Positions 9,784 through 21,559 of a stretch of 64,000 nucleotides of DNA are shown in pieces. Below the pieces are notes generated by a model. That model was not told where the DNA came from and made no database searches. It saw nothing but the letters and a program-made list of their open reading frames with translations. Source of the DNA: Gnetum montanum (taxonomy: Eukaryota; Plantae; Gnetophyta); the NCBI GenBank assembly GCA_015680685.1, contig MNCI01001443.1, positions 111,630 through 175,629 of the forward strand. The letters run 5' to 3'. The position numbers and the translations under genes are program-made. Numbering within the stretch: position 1 is the stretch's first letter; each line of letters opens with the position of its first letter.

Positions 9784-12700
9784 TTAGTTGTAATAAGGCT
9801 TTAGATAGGAATGATTAACCAAATTCGCCAATTCACTTCCATCTATGTCTACCACTCCAAAGGCTCTATTGTCATAGGCCTTGATGACTAAGAAAGGCCC
9901 CTTCCAGTTGGCTAAGAACTTATCCAGATGCTCATGAATAGCCTTGAGCACCAGGTCCTCCTCCTTGATCTTCATTTTCTTAGATCATGATGAGTTGTTG
10001 CTTCTTCCTCTCTTAGTATCATTTGTTGTGAGTAAATATTTGTCTTTACTACTCTTCCTCTAAATTCAAGTCATTGGTACATAGCTCCTTATTCTGCTGA
10101 TCATTGATGAAGTTAGATAGAGCCACTCTGAGTGATAGAACATACAATTCATAAGGTAAAACAACTGTAGATCCATAAACTAGGCTATATGAGGTTACAC
10201 TAGTTGTGGTTTGATAGGTAGTTCTACACATTCAAAGTTCATGGATAAGTTGCTCATGCCAGTTGCATCTACTATTATTAAGCATCTTTTTAAGTAAGTT
10301 TATGATGGCTTTATTTCTAGCTTTAGCTTGTCCATTAGCTTGAGGGTAGTACAATGATGAAAAGGAATGTTTAATACCTAGGTCTTAACAAAAGGCTTTC
10401 ATTTCTTGGCTACTAAACTATGGTTTACTTTTCATGACTATGGTCAAAGGTATGCCAAAATGGGCTACTATGTTATCTAGTATGAATTTATGAGCTTGTT
10501 GAGATGTCATTTTCCTTAGAAGAATAGATTTAACCCACTTTGTAAAGTATTTTTTTGTAGTGATGATCAAGCTATGCCCTATGGAAGACTTAGGTGTTAT
10601 AGGTATAATAATATGAANTTTATCACCTATAATGACATAATATTTTGATTTTTTACATACAATGTCCTTTTGGGAAGTATTCAAGCCTTGTGGGAATTCA
10701 CCATGCATTAGGCAAAACTTGATGTCATCATACCATTCCTTTTGAGGAGTGGTGTTGATAGAGGCTATACAGGCACATTTAGTATTCTACATAATGGGAA
10801 TAGCATAATTTATAGTTAATGAAGGTAACTTACTAAATACAGTAGGCATCACACTTAGGGATAAGGTTGCAATGGCATTGGCTAATTTTTTCTTAGTTCG
10901 GGGTATATGTTGGATATCAATACTTGTAAATTGTTGCATTATTCTCCTACCTAGGTCATAATAAGGTTGCAAATGTTTGGATTTACATGCATAAACCTCT
11001 ATTACTTGGTAATCATAAGTTATGAGTCATCTTTTATCATTAGGAATTTGATTCCTTTGCCATGAGCTACCATCATCCCCCTAATTAATCCTTTAGATTC
11101 CACTACATTGTTGCTACATGGGAATGAAATATGGTATGTGAAGGATTGGATTTCACTAGAAGGTAAGGTTATTATGGTAGCAACACTAGCTCCATGGATA
11201 GTTGAATATTCTTCAAAGTGTATAATTTCATTATAATCCTTGGATACTTCACTAATAATGTTGACGTGCTCATTAGGAAATTCAAGATCATTGGCTACAT
11301 GGTCTTCCATTGGGAAAATGGTAAGTTGTGCAGCTATAGCTTGACCTTTGGTTGAGATTTGAGAGATGTAATGAAGCTAAAATTTTGCTATTATGGCTTT
11401 CCAATTGGCTATATGGTTACTTTCATAGATATTGATCATTATGAATCTAAGCATGTTACCCTTGCAAATGACATTGACTTGGCTTCTAAAGAGGTAGTGT
11501 ATCCACTTCTTCAATGAGAAGACTAGGGCTAGAGAATAGTTCTCCACTTTAGTGTATCAAGTCTCATAGGAAATTAATGCATGGCTTAGGTAGTATACTG
11601 GTAGCTTTGCTCCATTGTCCTATTTTTGATAGAGTAGGGAACTAATGAACATGTCATAGAAAGGTATATGTAAAAAGGTTTATCCTTTTGTAGTGGATAG
11701 ACTATGGTTAGTTATGCCAACTCTTGCTTGAGGTTTTCAAAGGCTTTTTGGCATTGAGTCATTCACTCATAGTGAACTCCTTTCATAAGAAAGTGTTGCA
11801 TGGGTTGTAAATTATCTATAAGCTTGGAAATGAACCTATAGATAAATTGTAATCTACCTTTCAGTCCCTAAATCTCCTTAAGATTATTTGATGGTACCAT
11901 GTTGGATATGCCCTTAATCTTTTCAAGATTGACATGTGTTCCTACTTCTAATACTATAAAGGCAAGAATCTTACTAGTTCTAACATCTTCTTGGGGTTAA
12001 TCCTAGGCTCATATCTAAGACATCATTTAAGAATAAGGTCAAGGTCATGCACATGGTCATTGGCCATTTTAGATTTAATGACTATATCATCCATGTAGTC
12101 ATTAAGCAATCCTAGCATATAATCACTATAGATATATGTCATGGCTTGTTAATAGGTTGCACCTACATTCTTTAGATTAAAGGACATCATGGTGTAGCAA
12201 ATGGTTCACCAAGGGGTCATACATTTCATACAAAGTTGATGATTTGGATTAATCCTAACTTGGTTGTATCTTGAGAACCCATTTATGAAGGATACCAAGG
12301 CATGTCTAGTCATAGTATTGATAAGTTGGTTAATATTAGGCAAAAGGAAATCATCTATGATAGTTGCCTTATTTAGGTCTCAAAAATTAATATAGGTATA
12401 TATACTACCATTTATCTTAGGGACTAACACTATGTTAGATACCCAATTTGTGTAATCGACAGCTCGAATGAAACCAACTTGATACAGTTTCATGATTTCA
12501 TTGCAAACTACTAGGGCTAAATTTGGTCTAATCTCATAAATTTTTTACTTAATTGGTTTGATATGAGGATTGAGTATGCTATTATGTTACACTAGGCATG
12601 GGTCAAGACCTAGCATATCTTTATATGACTAGGCAAAGGCCTTGATGTTGTCTTGGAGGACCTTGATGATGTGTTGAGCCTATTGAGTTTCTAGTGAGGA

Positions 12701-12981
12701 AATTAGTTTTAGCGTTTTTTCCTCATCACTTTGCATCATGATAGGAATCTCAACTAGAGAGTATTTAGTAATGTCATAGATCTCAAGGTCAAGGATCTTA
12801 ACTAGGTGTTCTAGCCACTCAAGAGGTTTCTCTGTCGAGGCTATGTGGTCAACTAGGCTCTCATGCTCAAGAACTAAGTAATTAAGATCGATGAATTGTT
12901 CAACATCACTAGGAGGTTCATTTAGCCTCAAAGGTAGATTGAATTGTTTCCAAGAATTCATACTCCAATCTTTCATATCAA
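9784..12981 (-). pseudogene. pol: pol of copy B: RT - RNase H - additional (archaeal-type) RNase H - integrase
   Basis: RT motifs (GF.RYNQV, DYMDD ~12090), aRH (CSNNVVESKGL...DDS, HIPRTKKKLANAIA), INT (KYFTKWVK, KFLANWKGPF, NHSYLKPYY*). Many stops and frameshifts. Confidence 0.9.
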
Positions 12982-13809
12982 CTGTAAAACATTAAGCATC
13001 ACATGTGTGATAAAATAAGCAAATAATGCCAAAATAATATAAAGTACTTTAGTAATAATGCATGGATAAGCAAAAACATGTTACTTGAATGGTCAAACAA
13101 GGTTCAAACAAGGCCAATATAGGTTAAAAGATGTAGGAAAAAATAAATAGGATGGAACAAAGGCTAAATAGTTTGAGGTAAGGTCGAATGAAGGATAAAT
13201 AATGATAGAAAGGAGCCAACTATTGGTCAAACTCCATTTTATGATGTTGATGAATGTTAAAACATGACCAATGGAGGTCACAAAGAAGAAGGAAAAGTAA
13301 ATAAGAAAAACTAAAGGCATGATAATATGGAATAAAAGAAAATGATAGCCAAATGATGATAAATGGAATCAAATGAAGACCAAATGATGGTCAAACCCCC
13401 ATCAAATGATGTTCTAGATGGTCAAACAAGGTTATGTTGATGTCCAATGGTATCAAAGGATGTCAAACCAAGTTAACTAAGGTCAATGATGCCAAATGAT
13501 GAAACAATTTCATAAAATTAGGATAAAATGATGCTAAAATGATGAAAATAAGACCAAATGATACAACCATAAAGATCGATATTGTCTAACAAGGTCAAAA
13601 TAGGTTAAAACAATGTAGAATAAGGCCAAACCTATCAAGTTGGGTAACATGAGGGTAAGACATGGTCAATATTGATTAATCAAGGTCACATTTTGCCAAT
13701 TTTAGGCCTTAGTGGGACATGGTGGAAGGCTATAGGATTTATGGAAGAGTTTGGGCACTTGGGAAGGTCATTTTAAGGTTTGAAGGTAAAAATGAGATCC
13801 CTTTTTTGC

Positions 13810-15240
13810 AACTAAACTAGAGCCATGCTAGAACCATGCTAGCTAGTGTGGTACTAGTAGGGCCCAACCTAGTTCTTGAAAAAATGTGAGTTTCCAAGTT
13901 ATTTAGGGCTAGTTTTGTAGTTTTAATGGTCTAAATTAATATCATAGTGGATTGGGAGTAGATATTGATTAAATCTAGCATAGGTTTGACCCTCTAGAAA
14001 TTTTAAATGCTATTAAGGACTAAAAAATACACTAGAACTATGTTGGCTAGCATGATTTTAGCATAGTTGTAGGGGAAAAGTTAATTTGTAATGTCTCAGG
14101 GTTGAAATTTATGTTTCATTAGCTTCCAAGGATAGTGTAGGAGCATGAGGATAATAGACTAGTCATTCAAAGGCCAAAACAATTTCACTAAAAGTGGTGT
14201 TTGGAGCCTTAAATCCTAGAACTATGCTGGCTAGTGTAGTTCATCATGGCCCTAGCATGGTTTGATAAAACTTAATCTTTTTATGGTTAAAAAAAGTTCA
14301 AATGGTATTTGGCTATAGGGTTTTAAGATTGTAGGCATCCTTCATTAAGCTTAAGATCATTTAGAGTGCTATGATAAAAGTAAACTATTCCTGGGACTAG
14401 AACTACATTGGGACCACATTGGCCAATGTGGTTCTAGTCTATCCTAATGTAGTCAAACATGAATCTTTGATTTGGATTAGTTTTTGTGGTCAATCGACCA
14501 AGTGTTTGGGTTTACAAGGTTATTGATGTCCATAGATAAGGTTTAGGCTTAAAATTGTTCATTTATAAGGTTGTTGGAGTCTTGATATGGCCATCTATCT
14601 AATAACTACACTAGCCAATGTAGTCCCATCATGGTTATGGAAAATATAATGAATTTTGACTATTTTTAAATTAGTTTCCAAGATTTGGTGGTCTCTATAG
14701 TCTCTAGCAAGGTTCTATGATTAGGATGATGCATTCAAAGGTTGATTTGACATGTTAATGACCTATTATTGGGTTTTCATAGAGGAACTACATTGGGAAT
14801 ATGCTGGCTAGTATAGTTCTAGACTTCCTCAACCTAGTCTTAAGGTTAAAATAAGTTTTAACATGTTTTTGCTTTATCACCTAGCATATCAAGATTACTA
14901 GAGACTCTAAGGAGGTGCGAAGATTAGGATGTGCCACTTTAAAGATTATTTGAGGTTTGATTGATTCATTTAATGGCCAACATTAGCAAACTATGCTGGA
15001 ACTATTGTAGCCAACATAGTTCTAGTGCCCTCCAATGTAGTTACTCCAAAATCAATGATTACATTTTTTGATAGGTTCTAGGAGGTTCTAGGGCTATTGG
15101 AGGCTCTAACTAGGGTTTGGAGCTTGGTGTGATCATTCTAGAGTTGATTGGAAGCTTGGATAGTGTTGGGAATTTCCATACCCCATGGAACTACATTGGG
15201 CAACGTAGTTGTGTTCTTGACCAGCATAGTTTCCTACAAA
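13810..15240. repeat. Degenerate ~180-215 bp tandem repeat with palindromic core (GAACTACGCTGGCCAGCGTAGTTC-like)
   Basis: Core variants at ~13830, 14036, 14220, 14400, 14603, 14785, 14990 and 15188. Confidence 0.7.
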
Positions 15241-15522
15241 TAGCTTATTTTGTTATGAGTTTTTACTTCCTTTGGTGTTTGGAACCTTCTAAGTGTGGGA
15301 ATACTTTCTAGATTATAGTTTTATCAAAATATAATTTCCTAGATCATATCCTATAGGTAGTGCATAGAATTGGAGCTTCCACATTGATTTTTACTTCAAT
15401 CACATCCATCCTTAGTGTATTTTGGCCAAAATTCATCAAGAACCAATGCAACTACAAGGAAGGTGTATGAGGTTTGAAGATTTTTACATTAACCTATTTA
15501 AGATATTTAAGAGGAGTGTGTC

Positions 15523-15530
15523 TATAAGTA
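15523..15530 (+). promoter_or_regulatory. Candidate TATA box of the antisense gene, copy B
   Basis: CTATAAGTA upstream of the antisense gene, analogous to TATAAATA at 51542 in copy E. Confidence 0.35.
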
Positions 15531-16924
15531 AGAACCCAACCTTGGAAGAGGTAGACACTACTACCAATGGAATCTCCAACCTATCATGGCCTTTTCTTGA
15601 AGAAGGATCATCCATAATGACTGCCAAGTGCCCCTTTTCTTGGCCATTTTTTCTTTATTTTTGGCACATAACCTAGGCATTTTGTGTTGGCTAGGTTGGT
15701 AGATTGAATGAATTTTGGCCTTAAATGGTTCAAACATTTTATTTGAATTATGGTCATGTGTAAATTACATTGTTTTGGAATTATGGCCTACCTATTTCAA
15801 GTATTGAGTTTTTCTTATACCTTATTAGATGTTTTTTTTTGTTGTTTTTTTTTTACTAAGAAGAAATGCCATTTTTATTTTTTATTATAAAAAATGACAT
15901 AATTTTTCATTTTTTGGATCATGGAGTCATTGTTTGTTGTTTATTGGTCAAATTGATGGTTGAATTACTAATTTTTAAGTTACAATTAATTTTTTTTGAA
16001 TTTTTCCATAAGTTAGTGTGTAGTGAAATTTTAGTTTTTGGCTATTTTACTCCTTTGAATCTGGCAATGTTGACACTTGAAGTAATTATTTTTTGTAATT
16101 TCCTAGATTCCTAGGGATATTTAGGGTTGTTTGGGAGGGATAGACATCTACTATAGAATTTTTAATTGTTTTTTTAGATTTTTTAATGCTTTTACTACAA
16201 TCATTTTTCAGCAAACTATGTTTTTCTGTAAAATTTTAGCATGCTTCTAGGCTATTGTATGAATTCTTTCCAAGCTTATAATTTTAGTGTTGATTTTAAA
16301 GTTTCATTAAATTTCATGTATGTGTAATACCTAGACTTATAAAAATAAATTTTAGTAAAATTGTAGCATTTTTTATGCATGTGATTGCACTGTATAGTTG
16401 CAATTTCATCTGTTGAAATTGCAAACTTCCTAGTCTAGTACAAATAGTGTTGGTGCACTTTAGGAATTTTTTTATGCATGGTTTAGCCTCTTAGTGGTTA
16501 TTTACACATTGTGTGTTGATTTTCAATAGTATTTTTGAATTTTTTAGAAATTGTGTATCTAGCTTTACTGGAGTTTTATTGTAGTTTTTTCTCCATAAAC
16601 TAGGATTTCTTGTCAAAGTCTCATCAAATTTGAGTTGGAGTTTTATAATTGTTATTGTGGGTTAAATTTTGGTATAGGCTAGTTCTCATGATTTAAAACT
16701 TTTTTACATAAAATTTCTATAATCATTTATGTATATTTCCACCACAATATTGCCATTTATGTTAATGGATTACTTGGTTTTACTTAAATTTTTTGGTTAA
16801 ATTTTTCTTTGGTATTAATGGTTGAAACATATAAATTTAGTTATTTGGTCTTATGTGAAAATGTTGACACTAGGCTTATAAGTTTTTTTTAGTGGCTATT
16901 GAATTTTTTTATGGTCATACAAGG

Positions 16925-19900
16925 TTGTAACTATTATCATTGGTTTGTGCTAGGTCTTTTTGAAGTCCATCTTGGTGGTGATTGTGTTAGTTGGGTTATT
17001 GTGTTCCATACATACACCAAGGCCCAACACCCCACCTACTAACATGGTGTTGGATTGTAGCTCCCTTTGGCTAAGGCTAGGGACCAAGGAGTTCTTAGCC
17101 TTTCTACTATAGAACTTTAATGTGATGGTATGGTCACACTTGACATTTAACACAATAGCTATCATCATGGAGACCCTGCTATTTCATTCTGCCATCTTGA
17201 TCATCAAGTTCATAGTTAACAATCCCAACACCCATGTGGAGGATGACCAATTTTGTGGCATGTACACCAAAGCACATGTAAGTTGTCCAAAATTTAGGAC
17301 ATGCCTAAGTTTATCCAATATAATGCCAACAATATGTTATTTTTTGGTCACTGCATTCACACCTTATTTCAAAATCCTTCCAACACCAGTTACTATAATT
17401 TTAAGCTTTTTGGTTTACCTATTGGTTTCATTAGGACTCTTGGATTTAATGATTTCTATTTGGGTTGGTATGCTTACAAGTATAAGGTAGATGATAAAGG
17501 ATTGATCAAGAGTAATTAGCATTTACCCCTAGCCTAATCAACATTGGACATCTTTGCCAAAAGCCAAGTAGTGAGGATCATAGTGATGTAGTAGCTCAAG
17601 GATGACTTTGGTAGGTATACATCATACATGCTATTCCCAAGCCTGCTAGAGGTCCCTAGCTAATGGAATGGCTTATAGTTGGTGGGGTACTCTTGATTTG
17701 GATGCATAGACATGTATACCCCTTAGAGTCCCCACATTGCCTTCACCTACTAAGAAAACTAAGAATTCTTATTTTTATTTTATTTTTTATATGATATCAA
17801 TGTTTTCTAGTTATATAGTTATTAGGCTATCTAGGTTTTAATTATTTGGATGGTTTTATTAGTATGGCTATAAGTTTTGTTTAAATTGGTTATTCTTATT
17901 ATATTTTTATTTTGTATTGATGTGCCTATGCCAAAGCTAATGGGATAATTTCATTGTGTTGTAGGGGTTTTGCCATTATCCACTGTTGCTGTGATCACTT
18001 TAGGATGTGCTAAGGAGACACATTTTCTCATGTTTGGTGATGTGGATTTAGTGCAGCATTGGTTAGCTAGTCAAGCATGTAGGGACATCCAAGCAAGGAT
18101 TTCTAGTATAATTTTTTTTGATTTATTCATGTCTCCTAGCCCAACCATACCTACCCTAGAGATGATGAATGTCATTAACTCCTTTAACAATGGAGTGAAG
18201 AAATTCATCATCCACATTCATGGTGTGCCTATCACCTTGTCCATCAACGAATCTACCTTCAGTAACATCTTTAGCATCCCCTGTGAGGGCATGAAGGTTA
18301 CTACTAAACCAAGAAAAGAGATGGGCCATAGGGAGGAAGTAAAAGAATGACTAAGCACTTTTCATGACCATTCTAGATTTTCTCTAGACTATTGATAGGT
18401 CGTAGAGGTGAACGAGATGTATTCATATTTCTTGTCCTAAGCATTTCTTAAGTTATTTTTATAGAAGAAGATCCTAAGCATTGAACAAGCTTGGACCATG
18501 AAGCAGGTCCTCAATAAGGGTGCTCGATTCAACTGTGTTGTTCACTTGTTATCAAGCTATGATAAGAGATCCTAAAAATTTGAGACAACTTTGAAATGAT
18601 ATGCCATATGCACTTTAAATTTTTTGCAACATATCTAAGGAGGCTTGTAGGATTCTTGGTAGTGAATAAGGATAAATGATGGGTAAGTCATGGTCCATCC
18701 CAACTCTCTAAGCCTTGGGTGAAACATATTTTTCTAATCATGCAAGCTTAGAACCCACCAAAGGATGTTGGGAAATCATTGTCTATTACCACCTAACCCT
18801 TTTGTGGTATGTCTTATCCTTTCCCTGATAGCTTGGAGATTGAAACCCAAGCTGCTTGTGGAAATGCTAAGAAGGCCAAATAGTTACATACTGAGGTTGA
18901 CATGGAAGCCATAGCAAAGTTGAAGAGGCCAATGATTGAGGAGATAACACTATTTGTTGAGTAGTCATTGAAGAGAAGGCTAATTATTAGACTTGGCTAG
19001 GTGCATCTTGTAGTTTTAGGTAGGTTTTACTTGTTTTTTTTGTTTAAGTTATTTTGAATTTATTTTTTATGTTATATGATCATGTTGTTGTTTTTTATTA
19101 GGAAAAATATGCGAAGTTTTTTCATTTTTTCTCTTCGTTGTTCTTATAGGTAACAACAAGAATAGGCAACCTAGGTAGTAGCAATAGAGGCAAAATGAAA
19201 ATGCTTAGAGGAGGAGGCACTACAACCAAATGATGATGATGGGCTCTCCACAACTACATTAGATGCACTTGACACCATATTTGAGGGTTCATAGTTAGGA
19301 AAACCTCTTGTTATTATCCTGAATGATCTTCTAGGTACTTATGAATTTTGTTTTATATGTTACATTTTGTAGTTTCATGTTTGAACTTGGTTTTAATTGT
19401 TAGTTGATGGTTATGTTCATTGTAGTGTCCAAACCTAAACCAAGTGCTTCAACCTCTACATTTTTCATGATACCATGGGTGGAGGTTCCTAATAAAATAG
19501 AGTTTATGCATGGGATGATCTAAGACATGATCAATTGATTGTAATAGGTTACTCTCGATGTTGGTAAGAACCTTAGCTTATTTGGTTTAATTTTTTTTAT
19601 TGTTTAAGTTTCAATTTTTTTTAGTATTATGGTTATATGGTTTTAGTTATTTAAAAAAACATTTGGTCATTTTTATTCACCTGTTACTAGTTTCATGTGT
19701 TCACCTACATTGCATTATTTACAATGTCCAAGGTTGGATGGGATTCCAATCATGCCATTGAGATTGATGAAATGCCTAGCATGTCACATAAAGTGAGAAA
19801 TGTTTCATGAAAGTTATATGAAAATGCCAAGGAATGTGGACTCTCATGTACCCAAACCTCATGGGAATGCCAACATTTGAATGAGTTCTTATGGAAGCAA

Positions 19901-20733
19901 TTTGTAGCATTGGAAAGGAAGACCAAGCAATAGGCAAAGGAGATTAAAGACCTTAAGGATTACAAAGAGTTTGTGAAAGCCCAAGTGGCTAATAGAGACT
20001 TCTTGTAAACCAAGGAGATAAAATGATCATGGTATTTGAATGCCATCAATGGCAAGGTTGCTCTAGCTAGGAGACTTGTAGAGCAAAGGTTGAAGATGGA
20101 CTTGTTGGCTCGCAAAGCCATGGAGTGGAGGGACTATTATGCTTGGGTCCTTGAGTGGGGAAGACAACAAAAGGACCACAAGAAGAAATATAAGGATGAA
20201 TAAGAGAGTTATATAAAGTAGCTATAGGAAGAGTTCATAGAGAGGAAAAAGCTAGAGCTATTCATGAAAGGAATTAATGCCAAAGATTCCTTCAAGATAT
20301 TTGAAGGCTCTCTAGTGATTACTAATTGCCCCATTTCTTAGGTCACTACCACTTCTGGGGAGGTGACCACTGCTACCTTTTCATCGGAGCTACCTACATG
20401 GATTGACAATAAGGATAGAAACATCTTAAGTGGTGTTAATCTTGAGGAAGTGGATTGGGCCAACTTGTTTAAAGATTAGATTCTCCATTGTCAAGAGGTT
20501 GGTCTTTAGAGCTTTCCCATAGAAGATGTTGTACCTGAATCTTTTCAATTTTTCTTATTTTTTAATTAATTTCTTTTATCTTATTATAATTTATTTTAGT
20601 TCATGTTGTAGTTTAGTTATGTTGATTACTAATTAAACCTTTGTTGTTATGATTGGTATAGGTACTAGGTGATAATAGTGATCCCAATGATGATGATGTT
20701 GGTGATGCTCATCCTCCTTTAGTTGGACCTTAG
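16925..20733 (+). pseudogene. Antisense multi-exon accessory gene of copy B
   Basis: ORF 17970-18350 aligns by eye with A 267-509. T-rich introns include ~19020-19149, 19335-19425, 19563-~19722 and ~20545-20661. Acidic last exon stops at 20731-20733. Confidence 0.75.
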
Positions 20734-21164
20734 TCCTACTAGTTGATTAGGCCTATGGTTATTTTTTTTGTTAGTAGTGCTATGGTGTTGTGACTATTTT
20801 TAGCTGTTGGTTATTATGAGACTATTTATTATTTTTTTCATGTTATTGCTACACAGTGTAGCCATGGCTATTGGACCCTTATTTATTTTATACGTCATTT
20901 TAAATTTTGTTATAATGTGTGGACTATGGCTATTGGTTATGGATATTTAATTATTATTATTTTTAATTTCACTTATTTGTTTTCACATTTCTAGTCTTAT
21001 GTATTTTTATGTCTTATGTTTTGTTTTATCTTATGAGGTTACATTAGGCTACACTGGTTAAAACATATAGTTATCATGTAAAATTTGGTAAAGAAAAATG
21101 TAAATCAACTTGGAAAATCAAATTTAGGATAAGACATAATGCCTATAAATAGGTTGTATAAGTA

Positions 21165-21285
21165 TTGCCAATTTTAAGCCTTGGTAGGCCACTAGTTTAA
21201 GGCCTTGGTAGACCATGAGTTGCTAGTTTTAGGCCATGGTGGATCATGCATGTTGCTAGTTTTAGGCCATGGTGGGCCATACATT
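21165..21285. repeat. Short array of GCTAGTTTTAGGCCATGGTGG units
   Basis: About 4 units; same motif and position as in copy A. Confidence 0.75.
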
Positions 21286-21559
21286 GAAAGGAATTTTTAT
21301 AAGTTTTATGTTTTAATATTTTTATGTATGTTTTTCAAATTTTAAATTTTTTATGACATTTTTCATGTTTTAGAAAAGGTAAGGCATAAAAAGGTAACTG
21401 TAAATAAGAATAAATCATAGGCCATGTGTGGAATAAACCTAGAACAAGAAAAATTAAAGTAATGCAAAAATGATACGTGTAAGCAAAGGTTAAACTAGGC
21501 TAAGAAAAAAAAAGAGAAGGCTACCTAATTATCAACATAGACATAAGTGAATATGAAAC

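Noticed and set aside
10600-10640. Integrase of copy B lacks the HHCC zinc-finger segment
   Set aside because: The missing segment coincides with an N at 10618, so it is probably an assembly gap rather than biology. A second N at 22849 warrants the same caution.
16925-20733. Host gene with introns
   Set aside because: The same gene occupies the same position in several elements and is decayed like them, so it is element cargo and not a host locus.
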